Shown here in pieces: positions 31,269 through 41,394 of a DNA stretch of 64,000 bases. Each line of letters opens with the position of its first letter. Position 1 is the first letter of the stretch. The position numbers were made by a program, and so were the translations under genes. Under the pieces are notes generated by a model. The model saw only the letters and a list, made by a program, of their open reading frames with translations. It did not search any database and had not been told where the DNA came from. Source of the DNA: Prevotellaceae bacterium (GTDB lineage: Bacteria > Bacteroidota > Bacteroidia > Bacteroidales > Bacteroidaceae); the NCBI GenBank assembly GCA_021153165.1, contig JAGKTZ010000003.1, positions 6,506 to 70,505 of the forward strand. Reading direction: 5' to 3'.

Positions 31269-33422
31269 TTATTTCTTGATATATTTCTTTTCGCCGTCCT
31301 GAATATAAACGCCCTTGTGCGTAGTGTTCACTTTTCTGCCAGACAAGTCATAAGTGGCATCACCATTGCCAGAGATAGTCACATTTTGAATTCCTGTCGG
31401 GATATCTTTGTAGGCGAATAGAATGCGCAGGGTAGAGCCTGCATCTTGTCCGCCGTTCCAGAAGGCCAACTTATTGTCGCGATTGTTAACTTTGTTGGCG
31501 GGGTAGCCGTCTTCATACATATATGCATAAGCCACGCTGTTTGAGCCGAGATCTGATGAATTGGCAAAGCGCCACGTAGCCGTATAGCCTGCTGGCAATG
31601 CGTTGGCTAATTGCAAGGTGGGGTGAGAAGCGCTACCGGTGGTGCCGAGCATTTGTGTGGGAGCGGCGAGTACTTTCAGGGCGCCAGCTTCTTTGTTGTA
31701 GATGTGATAACCATCTTTTTCATTGCCAGTGAAGCACCACAAGTGAGCAGGGTTGGATTGGTTGACTTCTGTATTGTTGAGCGCAATGTACGAAGCACTA
31801 CCATTGTTTGCCAAGACATAACCATCCTGACCGATTTGCATGGTGTACCATGAGGTAGTATCTGCAAATTCGCCATTTTGGATCGTTGTTGTGGTGTAAC
31901 GTGTAGGCTCTGATTGAGGTACGTATGTGCCTTCTTCGATAAAGAGGCCTTCGATTTCCACGTCGCCATCCATCAATTCTGCAGGGATGGTAAATTCGTG
32001 TGCTTCGTTGAAGAGTTTGCGATCGAAGCGTACAGCGCGCCATTGCACGTTGTCGTTCATCACGCTATCGCCTGCTAGGTTGTAGCCGTGCTTCACGATG
32101 ATGCCTGCATACTCGAATCCCTTTTCTGGATTCATGCGGATAGTGAAGGGCTTGCCGAAAGGTGCCTGATAGCTTACCAATTTCTTGCCATCAGCAGCCA
32201 AGACCTCACCATTTCTATTCGCGTCGTTCACATTGCACTTGTCGCCATGAACATTCAAGAGGACGTCTACGATACCTCCGCCATTGCCCAAAATAGAGTT
32301 GTCGCTGGTCATACGGCCTCCGCTCTCGATGCTATTCCAGTCTACCTTGTAGCGCAGACGATAGATGCCATTGGGCAGATCTGTGGGGATTTGGAAAGCA
32401 GGTGGAGGCAATACATTGCGACCATTGCCCGAGATATTGGCACCCGCACTGTTCTTACCAGCATCCTCAGTGCCGTAATAAGAATAAGACATCAATTCGC
32501 TATCAGCTGGACGAGAGAAGTCGCTGTTGACTACCGCTTGGAACTTGCCATCATTGTTTCTGTCGAGGAAGACGTAGCCATGCATCCACGAGCCTTCGTA
32601 TCCAATCTTAGGTGTAATGGTTTCGCCTTGACGAGCCATGAAGACTTTGCTGGTCAAGTTTTGATAAACGTAGTTGGGCGAATTGGATGTGGTAGCCGAC
32701 TGCACACCTTCGGCAGGAGAAGTGAGACCGACTTCAGTCACTCTGCGGTCGTTGCGAGTATAGAGCTGATCCTTGCCAAAGTTCAAGGGATAGAAGTCGT
32801 AGGTATAGTTGGGCGAAGGATTGTCATTGATCTCGATGTTGTCGATATAGCATATCTTGTCGTCGGTATAAGCGTGCGGAGATTCCATGTCGGGCACGAT
32901 GACGAGGCTATAAATATCTATGCCGCCATTACCCTTGAAAGCGACTACGACATCTTGCCAGCGATTGGCTGGAATAGAGCTTGTCGACATTGCCCAGAAC
33001 TGTTCTGTCTCGGGTGATTGACCTGCGCGATCTCGTCTCTTACCCAAACCGACCACCATCACGCGTCCGCTGTAGGGGCGGTTGACCATGACGTGAACAT
33101 ATTTGGTCTGTGGTGTCAACTCGAAGGTTTGTTTCAAATCAATACGTACACCAAAGGTATTGCTACCGAAGCGTGAGCGCTGTACGGCGAGGATTTTCTT
33201 TGAGGGGTTAGGGGCTTTGCCGAGTACAGCTTCTTCTTGATTCAAGTGGTTGTCTACCACGGCATAGTTGCCCTTGAGTACACCCGTGCGAAAGGGCGAT
33301 GCTTCCCAGGTATCATATACGCCAAGCTTGGCATAGTCTTGTGTCTCGAAATTGATGCTTTGCGCTGCCAATGTCATAGGGAGAGTCAGCGAAGCCAGGG
33401 CGAGAATATTTTTGATCTTCAT
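31269..33422 (-). CDS. Secreted GEVED-domain-like protein with T9SS-like tail
   Basis: Signal peptide ending LAA-Q; WMHGYVFLDRNNDGKF...GIYRLRYKVDWN...GGIVDVLLNV; tail TYDLSGRKV...GVYIQDGEK. Confidence 0.7.
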   Translation of the reverse strand: MKIKNILALASLTLPMTLAAQSINFETQDYAKLGVYDTWEASPFRTGVLKGNYAVVDNHLNQEEAVLGKAPNPSKKILAVQRSRFGSNTFGVRIDLKQTFELTPQTKYVHVMVNRPYSGRVMVVGLGKRRDRAGQSPETEQFWAMSTSSIPANRWQDVVVAFKGNGGIDIYSLVIVPDMESPHAYTDDKICYIDNIEINDNPSPNYTYDFYPLNFGKDQLYTRNDRRVTEVGLTSPAEGVQSATTSNSPNYVYQNLTSKVFMARQGETITPKIGYEGSWMHGYVFLDRNNDGKFQAVVNSDFSRPADSELMSYSYYGTEDAGKNSAGANISGNGRNVLPPPAFQIPTDLPNGIYRLRYKVDWNSIESGGRMTSDNSILGNGGGIVDVLLNVHGDKCNVNDANRNGEVLAADGKKLVSYQAPFGKPFTIRMNPEKGFEYAGIIVKHGYNLAGDSVMNDNVQWRAVRFDRKLFNEAHEFTIPAELMDGDVEIEGLFIEEGTYVPQSEPTRYTTTTIQNGEFADTTSWYTMQIGQDGYVLANNGSASYIALNNTEVNQSNPAHLWCFTGNEKDGYHIYNKEAGALKVLAAPTQMLGTTGSASHPTLQLANALPAGYTATWRFANSSDLGSNSVAYAYMYEDGYPANKVNNRDNKLAFWNGGQDAGSTLRILFAYKDIPTGIQNVTISGNGDATYDLSGRKVNTTHKGVYIQDGEKKYIKK

Positions 33423-33442
33423 AATGTTCAATTTTAATAGGA

Positions 33443-34954
33443 TTAGTATACGCTGACTTTACTGATGAGTGGGCAAGCCTTGCTATCCTCGATAGTGATA
33501 CGTACATATTTTGCACTATATCCGCTGCCGTAGCTATTGTTGGTACTGCCGTTCAATGGGATGATACGCTTGTAGCCCACAGTAGTGGTTTGTACGCCAC
33601 CGCCACGTTGTGTCCAAGATTTACCATCCATCGAAGTTTCGATCTTGAATGACTTGACGCGTTGTCCCTTGGCTATATATTCCATCAGTTCGACGTAGCG
33701 GATAGTCTTTGCGTCGTCCCAAGACAAGGTGATGGTAGCTGATGTGACATTATCGTTGGTAGCCCAATAAGTATCCTTGTCGCCGTCTGTCATATTCTCT
33801 GCGGCATAGTTGCGACCTGCACCTTTGGTGCGAGTATTGCTCACTTCGACCACAGCATCCTTAGCATAGTCATTGCTCAAGCGTTGGCGGATCAAATCAC
33901 CCATACCTTTCAATGCATTCACAGAGGCTGTTGGCAGGACGCCAGCCTTGTTTGGTGGAATATTGAGAATGAGTGTGGCATTTCTACCTACTGTCTCGAG
34001 ATACATCTGGAAGAGGCGTTCGGGTGTCAAGGGCGATTCGCCATCGTGATAGAACCATCCTTTGTTTGTAGCCTTAGCATCGCTTTCGCCGGGCAACCAG
34101 AACCAGCCGTTTTCTGTACCATACATACCATTGTTCTCGGGAGAATAGTCACGATTCTCAGGCGACCAGTTCGTTTCGCCAGCCCATCCGGCTTCGTTGC
34201 CAATCCAGCGTGCTTCGCCACCCACGCCCCACAATACGCAGTCGGGGCAAACCTTGTGCACGGTGTCGCGCAAGTTGGGCACGTCGTAATATGTAGCACG
34301 GTCCACGTTGACTGTGGTGTTGCGTCCGCCGTAGTAACCGCTACCGCCGTTGGCACCGTCAAACCACATTTCGAATTGGTCATTACCATATTCAGCCAAC
34401 TCTGCACACTGTCTCAGGAAGACGTCCTTCACGTACTTGTCTGTGCCATAGTGTACACTGTTGCGGTCCCATGGCGAGATGTAGAAGCCGTACTTCAATC
34501 CCAATTTCTTGGCAGCTGCTGCAAAATCGCGTGGGATATTAGTATTTCTACCATAATCATTGCCCGCCTTAGTGATATTGTGAGTCGTTGTGGCAGTAGG
34601 CCAAAGGCAAAAACCATCATGGTGCTTTACTACAGCGATACCACCACGCATACCGGCATCTTTGGCTACTTGCAACCATTGTTCGGGGTTGGGTGCACCA
34701 GTAGGCGCAAAGCGAGATTCTGCTTCATCGCCGTTGCCCCATTCCAAGCCAGTATAGGTGTTCATGCCATAGTGGAAGAATGCGTAGAATTCAGTCTCTT
34801 GCCATTTCAATTGGCGTGGATGTGGCACTGGATGAACGGCTGCTGGCTCGTTGTCAGGATTTGACGGCGATTCGTTCACCACTTGTAGTTGTGCCATACT
34901 GCCAAGTGGGAAAAGTCCGCCGAGCAGTAAAAGCGTAGTGTAGATTTTTTTCAT
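33443..34954 (-). CDS. Alpha-L-fucosidase (GH29) with C-terminal F5/8-type module
   Basis: FFHYGMNTY, KHHDGFCLWP, YISPWDRN, WFDGANG, RWIGNEAG, TVGRNATLILNIPP. Confidence 0.93.
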   Translation of the reverse strand: MKKIYTTLLLLGGLFPLGSMAQLQVVNESPSNPDNEPAAVHPVPHPRQLKWQETEFYAFFHYGMNTYTGLEWGNGDEAESRFAPTGAPNPEQWLQVAKDAGMRGGIAVVKHHDGFCLWPTATTTHNITKAGNDYGRNTNIPRDFAAAAKKLGLKYGFYISPWDRNSVHYGTDKYVKDVFLRQCAELAEYGNDQFEMWFDGANGGSGYYGGRNTTVNVDRATYYDVPNLRDTVHKVCPDCVLWGVGGEARWIGNEAGWAGETNWSPENRDYSPENNGMYGTENGWFWLPGESDAKATNKGWFYHDGESPLTPERLFQMYLETVGRNATLILNIPPNKAGVLPTASVNALKGMGDLIRQRLSNDYAKDAVVEVSNTRTKGAGRNYAAENMTDGDKDTYWATNDNVTSATITLSWDDAKTIRYVELMEYIAKGQRVKSFKIETSMDGKSWTQRGGGVQTTTVGYKRIIPLNGSTNNSYGSGYSAKYVRITIEDSKACPLISKVSVY

Positions 34955-35177
34955 ATCGGTTTAGGTTTATAACATTATTTTCCGAAACAAACTCAGATTT
35001 TATTAATTGACTATGCTAAGATAGCAATAAAAAGTCTTTTACACGTATTATTCGGTCAAAAGCACTACCTTATTTTGTTTTTTTAGTACAATCCTATCAA
35101 TTTATCCCATTTATCACACGAAAGGATAAGTTTGCACTTAAAAAGAAATCTGTAAAATGGTAGTGGCGGCTTTGGTG

Positions 35178-36671
35178 TCAAAATACGCGATCAGTGAATG
35201 TACTAATGGGAAAACCATTACTGCCTACGACATTCGTTTGCGGAAACGGATCCCAAGCATATCGCACTTGATGAGGCTGAGCTACGGCATCGCTCCACAC
35301 TTCTATGGTTTCGCCCACAATACGTGCTTTGGCGGGAACGAAGGCGCCGTTTTTCCCAGCCACTTCGAATCCCTTGGGTGCCTTGCCGTCGCTGGTGTGC
35401 ATGCCTTTTCCGTATTGGAAATGCAGTAGGATTTTATTTGATTTGAGTTCTGCGCCCAAATAAACGGGACCACAGGGCACACCTGTCTGACCATATTCGT
35501 GTACCAAAGCGGCGGCAACTAAGCGTTCAGCTATTTCGCGCTTGCGCTTGGGATGGATATTCTTTGCTTCGCCCAAGTCGTGCGACACGGTCATATATGT
35601 GCGAGGCAAAACGCCGAGGCGGCGCTGGCTGTCGCGGAAGTGTCCCCACGTGGGTAGGGTGGAAATGCCGGAGAGTTGGACAAAATAGAAGGATAATTCG
35701 GGCGCAGCGAAATGTGTGCGCCAACTTTTTTGCAACAAGGGAAACAATTGTTCGTGCAATGTGGCATTGTGCGCATTGCCCTCGCCTTGATACCACAATA
35801 CACCGGCCAGTGTCAATCCCTCCAAAGGTGCTATGCCGCAATCGAACAGATAGGATGGCGCATAGGGATGATGCGACAATGCCTCGGGATAGTTTTTCAA
35901 ATTGGTCTTGGCACGATTTCTAGCCCACTGCTGTATGAGCGGCTCGGTCCACCATTCTTTATTCAAATCGGGACATCCTGACGCGAGGGTCTGACTATCT
36001 ATCCACGACTCGCACAGCGAACCATCCACGGCGTTGCAAATGATACCGACGTGGCAGTCTAATTTTTCCGAAAGCAGACGTCCGAAATGATAACCTATAG
36101 CAGAAAAATCCGCCACGGTCTTTGCATCGCATTTGGTCCATTGTGCAGGCAAATAGTACTCGTTGCGTTTCAAAGAATCAACGTAGGTTTTCTCCCAGGC
36201 TTCGGCAAATGGAATCCGCGACGGACGCATTTGATACAGATGCACGCGCTTTTGCTCTGAGGCGCTGGCAATATCTTCCGCAGCACCCTTTGTTTCCCGC
36301 ACAGGCAGTTGCATATTTGACTGTCCGCTACATAGCCATACTTCTCCTATATAGATATCGCGTACTTCAACTTCTTCGCCCTCGCTCTCCACCTTCAAAA
36401 TATAAGGACCTCCCGCCTTTTGCTCAGGCAGGCAGACCTGCCATCTCCCATCCTTATCGCAGGTGGCTGTTTGCTGAGACTGCAGAAAATCCACACGTAC
36501 CTTTTCACCAGCACCAGCGTAACCTTGTATGCGAATAGGCTGGTGGCGCTGCAATACCATTCCACTTGTGAAATAGGGGGCAAGGCGCAGTGAAGAGTCT
36601 GCCATGGCGCAAGAGATAAAAAGGAAAGGCAGTAGCAAAACAAATAGATGAAACAAATAGCGTCTGTACAT
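35178..36671 (-). CDS. Sialate O-acetylesterase (SASA, SGNH fold)
   Basis: GMVLQR, GEVWLCSGQSNM, FSAIGYHFG, LWYQGEGN, NIHPKRK, VRYAW. Confidence 0.9.
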   Translation of the reverse strand: MYRRYLFHLFVLLLPFLFISCAMADSSLRLAPYFTSGMVLQRHQPIRIQGYAGAGEKVRVDFLQSQQTATCDKDGRWQVCLPEQKAGGPYILKVESEGEEVEVRDIYIGEVWLCSGQSNMQLPVRETKGAAEDIASASEQKRVHLYQMRPSRIPFAEAWEKTYVDSLKRNEYYLPAQWTKCDAKTVADFSAIGYHFGRLLSEKLDCHVGIICNAVDGSLCESWIDSQTLASGCPDLNKEWWTEPLIQQWARNRAKTNLKNYPEALSHHPYAPSYLFDCGIAPLEGLTLAGVLWYQGEGNAHNATLHEQLFPLLQKSWRTHFAAPELSFYFVQLSGISTLPTWGHFRDSQRRLGVLPRTYMTVSHDLGEAKNIHPKRKREIAERLVAAALVHEYGQTGVPCGPVYLGAELKSNKILLHFQYGKGMHTSDGKAPKGFEVAGKNGAFVPAKARIVGETIEVWSDAVAQPHQVRYAWDPFPQTNVVGSNGFPISTFTDRVF

Positions 36672-36773
36672 ATCGTGTATATATATTATAGGAATGAAAA
36701 AGAGATGCGCCAGTATTTTGACGCATCTCAATCTTTATTTGTATTTCCCTTATAATAGGAAAATGAATCTCAA

Positions 36774-39665
36774 TTATTCAGCTTCGCCAATCACTCTCTT
36801 TTTGCCCAAAGTGCGGTATGCAATAGGAGCAGCAAGGAAGATTGAGCTCAAGGTACCGAATGTTACACCCAAGATCATTGCGAATGAGAATGAACGGATG
36901 CTATCGCCACCCAAGAAGAAGATGCAGAGCAACACGAGGAGGGTAGTGAACGAAGTCATAATAGTACGAGTCAAAGTACTATTGATAGATTCGTTGAACA
37001 CACGCTTAGTGTTGCGCTTAGGATAGAGACCCAAGTTTTCACGAATACGGTCGAATACTACCACCTTGTCATTAATTGAATAACCGATAGCAGTCAATAC
37101 AGCCGCGATAAAGGTTTGGTCAACTTCCAATGAGAAGGGCACCCAACCCCAGCAGATACTGTACATACCGATAATAAGTACTGCGTCGATAGTCAAAGCA
37201 ACTACACTACCAATTGAGAATGCTACGTTGCGGAAACGTACCAAAATGTAGAGGAAGATTGCTACGAGTGCAAAGAGCACACTGATGATAGCGCCCTTAA
37301 CCATATCTGCTGCGACAGAAGAACCTACCTTTTGAGCAGATACGATAGAACCACCAGTCTTGTTTTGACGGTCTTTGAAGACATCGTATTCTGCTTTGAT
37401 CAGACCAGCATCCTTCAATGCTTTGTGAACGAATTGGTCAACTTGGTCGTCGATATTTTCGTCTGTATCGTTGATGCGGTAGTTTGTAGTCAAGCGTACG
37501 CAACGGCTTTCTGCTGTTACGACAGGAATAGCGTTAACCGCAGCATCTGGATCCTTAGCATCTGCCTTCACAGCAGCTTGTACTGCAGCTTCTACAGCTT
37601 CGGGCTTAGTATTCTTGTCTTCAAATTCGATGACATAGTTACGACCACCTGTAAAGTCGATACCCTTTGACAAACCACGGATACCCAAGAATGCAACGCA
37701 GATAAGCATAAATACGCCAAATGCGATAACAGACTTCTTACCCTTTTCCATGAACTTCACCTTAGTATTAGCCAAGAAGTTGCGAGTCAAAGGAGTTGTG
37801 AAAGTCAACTTAGTCCACTTGTCTTTCTTGAGGAAGTGTTCGTATGCGATACGAGTCATCCATACTGCAGTAAAGAATGAAGCTGCGATACCGATACCGA
37901 GCGTCAATGCGAAACCACGGATAGGACCTGTACCGAAGTTGTAAAGAATAACAGCAGTGATGATTGATGTCAAGTTAGAATCGAAGATTGCAGAGAATGC
38001 GTTGCCGTAACCGTCAGCAAGTGCAGTCTTGATGTTCTTACCTGCCTTGAGCTCTTCCTTGATACGTTCGTAGATCAATACGTTAGCATCGACAGCCATA
38101 CCCAAAGAAAGCACCATACCAGCAATACCACTCATAGTGAGCGCAGCCTGGAATGAAGTGAGTACGCCGAAAGTGAAGAAGAAGTTGAGCAAGAGTGCGC
38201 AGTTAGCCACCATACCTGGGATGATACCATAAGCCAAGCACATGAAGATCATCAAAAGCACGAGTGCAAAGATACAAGCTGTGAGACCTGCTATAATAGA
38301 TGCTTCACCCAAAGAAGGACCTACTGTTTCTTCTTGTACTACTGTCAGCTTCACGTCCATACGTCCACTGTTGAGCACGTTTGAAAGGTCGCGAGTATCA
38401 TCGATTGTAAAGCTACCAGAGATTTGAGAATTACCACCAGCGATCTTTTCGTTGACGTTTGGTGCGCTATATACGTAACCGTCGAGAACGATTGCTACAG
38501 ACTTGCCTACGTTTCTTTCTGTCAACTTAGCCCATTCAGCAGAAGCGCGGTTGGTCATTGTCATAGATACGACGGGCTTACTGCCTTCCATAAAGTCTGC
38601 CTTAGCAGTCTTGATAACGTCGCCTTCCATTGAAGGACCACCATTCTTAGCCTTGAGGGTATAGAGGGCGTAACCAAGAACGACATTTTCTACCTTGCCG
38701 TCTTTGTTTTTCATTGACTGAGTTTCTTCCTTCACGCTCCAAGCCAATACGAGGTCTGCGGGGAGAGAAGCCTTGTTAGCGTGGTAAGCTTGCATGATAG
38801 CAGTAGTATCTTCCTTCGAACGAGTATATCCGACGATAGAACCGCCGCCAGGGATTTGCAAGTGACCGTTTACGACTTCTGCCAAGCCGCTCACTTCAGC
38901 TGCGCTGTAGGTTTCCCAGAATTGGAGGTTAGCACTACCTGTGAGGAGTTTACGTACGCGTTCGGGTTCCTTGATACCTGGCATTTCTACCATGATTTGA
39001 CCCATTTGTCCGCGACCCTTCAAGATTTGGATGTTTGGTTGTGCCACACCGAAGCGGTCGATACGTGTACGGATCACTTCGTTAGCGTTGCTTACTGCTG
39101 ATTCGATCTTAGCGAGCAAAGCTGTTTTCACCTGTGCATCGGTAGAGTTAGCCGAGATGCCGTCGAGGTTTGTACCGAAAGCACCACCCAGCTTATCCTT
39201 GCCGTACAATTCTTGGTAGCGACTTACGAATACGTCGAGCACGTCGTCGCCATTTCTTTTTGCTACTGAGTCTGCGTAAGCGACTGCTTGACCTACGTTA
39301 GCCTGTACGGTCTTGTCTGTGCCGGCTGTGCTTCTGAGCAAGTCGGGGATAGATACTTCGAGGATGACGTTCATACCACCCTTCAAGTCCAGACCGAGGC
39401 CAATTTGCAACTGTTGACATTCCTTCAAGGTCTTCCACATGTACACCTTTTCATTGCCCATTGAGTCAAGATAGGCAGTGCGGAAGTCGTTGAATGCTCT
39501 GTCTTTTGCATTGTCATCAGCATATTTTCCGCCCTTGATCTTGGCTGCAGCATACGTGTCTGCGTTCTTTTCGTACTTGTTAGTTACGAATGAGAACGAG
39601 AGGTAGAAGCAGCAAATCAGGGTAAGGAGCACTGCGATGACCTTAACAAATCCTTTGTTTTGCAT
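36774..39665 (-). CDS. secDF: Fused protein translocase subunit SecDF
   Basis: GLDLKGG, RIDRFGVAQP, AIVLDG, GMAVDANVLIYERIKEE, GIDFTGG, GYSINDKVVVFDRIRE. Confidence 0.97.
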   Translation of the reverse strand: MQNKGFVKVIAVLLTLICCFYLSFSFVTNKYEKNADTYAAAKIKGGKYADDNAKDRAFNDFRTAYLDSMGNEKVYMWKTLKECQQLQIGLGLDLKGGMNVILEVSIPDLLRSTAGTDKTVQANVGQAVAYADSVAKRNGDDVLDVFVSRYQELYGKDKLGGAFGTNLDGISANSTDAQVKTALLAKIESAVSNANEVIRTRIDRFGVAQPNIQILKGRGQMGQIMVEMPGIKEPERVRKLLTGSANLQFWETYSAAEVSGLAEVVNGHLQIPGGGSIVGYTRSKEDTTAIMQAYHANKASLPADLVLAWSVKEETQSMKNKDGKVENVVLGYALYTLKAKNGGPSMEGDVIKTAKADFMEGSKPVVSMTMTNRASAEWAKLTERNVGKSVAIVLDGYVYSAPNVNEKIAGGNSQISGSFTIDDTRDLSNVLNSGRMDVKLTVVQEETVGPSLGEASIIAGLTACIFALVLLMIFMCLAYGIIPGMVANCALLLNFFFTFGVLTSFQAALTMSGIAGMVLSLGMAVDANVLIYERIKEELKAGKNIKTALADGYGNAFSAIFDSNLTSIITAVILYNFGTGPIRGFALTLGIGIAASFFTAVWMTRIAYEHFLKKDKWTKLTFTTPLTRNFLANTKVKFMEKGKKSVIAFGVFMLICVAFLGIRGLSKGIDFTGGRNYVIEFEDKNTKPEAVEAAVQAAVKADAKDPDAAVNAIPVVTAESRCVRLTTNYRINDTDENIDDQVDQFVHKALKDAGLIKAEYDVFKDRQNKTGGSIVSAQKVGSSVAADMVKGAIISVLFALVAIFLYILVRFRNVAFSIGSVVALTIDAVLIIGMYSICWGWVPFSLEVDQTFIAAVLTAIGYSINDKVVVFDRIRENLGLYPKRNTKRVFNESINSTLTRTIMTSFTTLLVLLCIFFLGGDSIRSFSFAMILGVTFGTLSSIFLAAPIAYRTLGKKRVIGEAE

Positions 39666-39889
39666 GGTTTTTAATTGTGTTTTTATGTTAGTTATTTTCT
39701 ATTTTGCATACTTTTTGGCGTGCAAATATACTGATTTTTTTCAAACTAAGGGATTTATAATGTATTTAATTGTGGCAAAGTGTGAATTATCGTCATTTTG
39801 TAGCAAATATTACGCGATTTTCTGTAAATATGGCACATATATATAATATTACGTGTGCGTGTGCAAAAAATATTTCTACCTTTGCACGC

Positions 39890-40789
39890 ATGAAGATACT
39901 GATTGCTTTACTCAAGGGGTTGTCGCATCTGCCATTGCGTCTGCTCTATGTGCTGTCCGACGTGCTGTTTGTGCTCGTCTACTACGTGGTGCGCTATCGC
40001 CGCGGCGTGGTGCGCAGAAACATCGAGGCCTCGTTTCCCGAACGTACGATCGCGGAGCGCCGAGGCATTGAGCGCGATTTCTACCGCTTCTTCTGCGACT
40101 ATATCGTGGAGACCATCAAACTGCTGACCATAAGCGAGGAGGAAATCAAGCGACGCATGATCATCGAGGGTATGCCGCGCTTGGAAGAGTCGCTCGAGAA
40201 GTGCCCATTTGCCTTTATCTACCTGGGCCACTATTGCAACTGGGAGTGGGTTTCCTCGATTCCCTTGTGGGGAAAGCACGGCCGCGTGCCCAGCGCCCAA
40301 TTGTACCGTCCACTGAAGAACAAGGCGTTCGATCGCCTATTCCTGGACTTGCGCCAACGCTTTGGATCGAAGAGTATCTCGAAGTACGAGGCGCTGCGAC
40401 AAATACTGAAGATGAAGGCCGAGGGCGTGCGCTCGATCGTAGGTTTTGTGTCGGACCAATCGCCCCTGCCCAACAGCATACACGAGTGGGCGGAGTTTTT
40501 GCACCAGGACACCCCAGTGTTCACAGGCACCGAACGCATTGCCAAGAAGGTGGGCGCGGCTATCTATATCGCCGACGTGCAGCGCGTACGTCGTGGCTAC
40601 TATCACATGCACCTGCACTTGGTGACCGAGGAACCCGCGAAATATCCCGACTACGAACTGACGCAGCTCTATATGACCAAGTTGGAGCAAATGATACGTC
40701 GCCAACCGCACCTGTGGCTTTGGAGTCATAAGCGGTGGAAGCACACCCGCGAGAGTGTAGCACGAGAATTGGCTAAGCACAAGGCATAA
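39890..40789 (+). CDS. Lipid A late acyltransferase (LpxL/HtrB family)
   Basis: GHYCNWEW (HxxxxE), YRPLKN, SDQ, WLWSHKRWK; -7 box TACCTTTG at 39877. Confidence 0.9.
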   Translation: MKILIALLKGLSHLPLRLLYVLSDVLFVLVYYVVRYRRGVVRRNIEASFPERTIAERRGIERDFYRFFCDYIVETIKLLTISEEEIKRRMIIEGMPRLEESLEKCPFAFIYLGHYCNWEWVSSIPLWGKHGRVPSAQLYRPLKNKAFDRLFLDLRQRFGSKSISKYEALRQILKMKAEGVRSIVGFVSDQSPLPNSIHEWAEFLHQDTPVFTGTERIAKKVGAAIYIADVQRVRRGYYHMHLHLVTEEPAKYPDYELTQLYMTKLEQMIRRQPHLWLWSHKRWKHTRESVARELAKHKA

Positions 40790-40792
40790 ATC

Positions 40793-40820
40793 GAGAGGAG
40801 CAGGCGCTCCTCTTTTTTTG
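40793..40820 (+). terminator. Intrinsic terminator
   Basis: AGAGGAGC-AGGC-GCTCCTCT followed by a T-run. Confidence 0.8.
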
Positions 40821-40847
40821 TCTTAATGGTTGCTGAGAGTAAACAAA

Positions 40848-41210
40848 AAAATGCGAAAAATTTTGACAAACGCTGTTGATGAAATAGAAGATATTGCTTC
40901 GGCAAGATTAGACCTTTTGAGAAAAAGCCAAGGCTTCGTTGAAAAAAAGTCTGATATTTTTTCAACGAGACGGCGCGAAATTTCAACGAAGTCTTATTTT
41001 TTTCAATTTTTGTCACCCACTTTCTATCACGTTTAATCTGTCTTTTTTGCAGAAATATTTCACAAAGCCTTAGCTTTTTCTTCTCCACCCATGATTTTAG
41101 CCCATTTTTTATCGGTTTTAACCACTCCTATTTCTTGCAGAGCCAAACCACCAGCGAGGTGAATGATTTTAAGCGATCTACGATGCTCTAAAATGCGAAA
41201 AATTTTGACA
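40848..41210. repeat. Intergenic element B, copy B2 (inverted relative to B1)
   Basis: AAAATGCGAAAAATTTTGACA at 40848-40868 and 41190-41210; array with core at 40957. Confidence 0.9.
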
Positions 41211-41253
41211 GCACACGCTGTATCTATCATCCCCGCGGCAGGATTTTTAACAC

Positions 41254-41366
41254 AAAAAATGAACTGCCCCACTTTTTTGAGGGCAGTTCACTGCATTATC
41301 TCCAAGATACTATATTTTTAGCGAAAAACCAATCGTGTGGGGCAGCCGCTGATGACTGGTTTCACG
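41254..41366 (-). repeat. Element A, divergent copy A4 (promoter and mini-hairpin half only)
   Basis: GTTTCACG 41359-41366; TATCTTGG 41309-41302; leader GATAATGCAGTG; stem TGAACTGCCC/GGGCAGTTCA followed by T6. Confidence 0.7.
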
Positions 41367-41394
41367 GCAATACAGGATTTCGGCGCGCCCTGTA

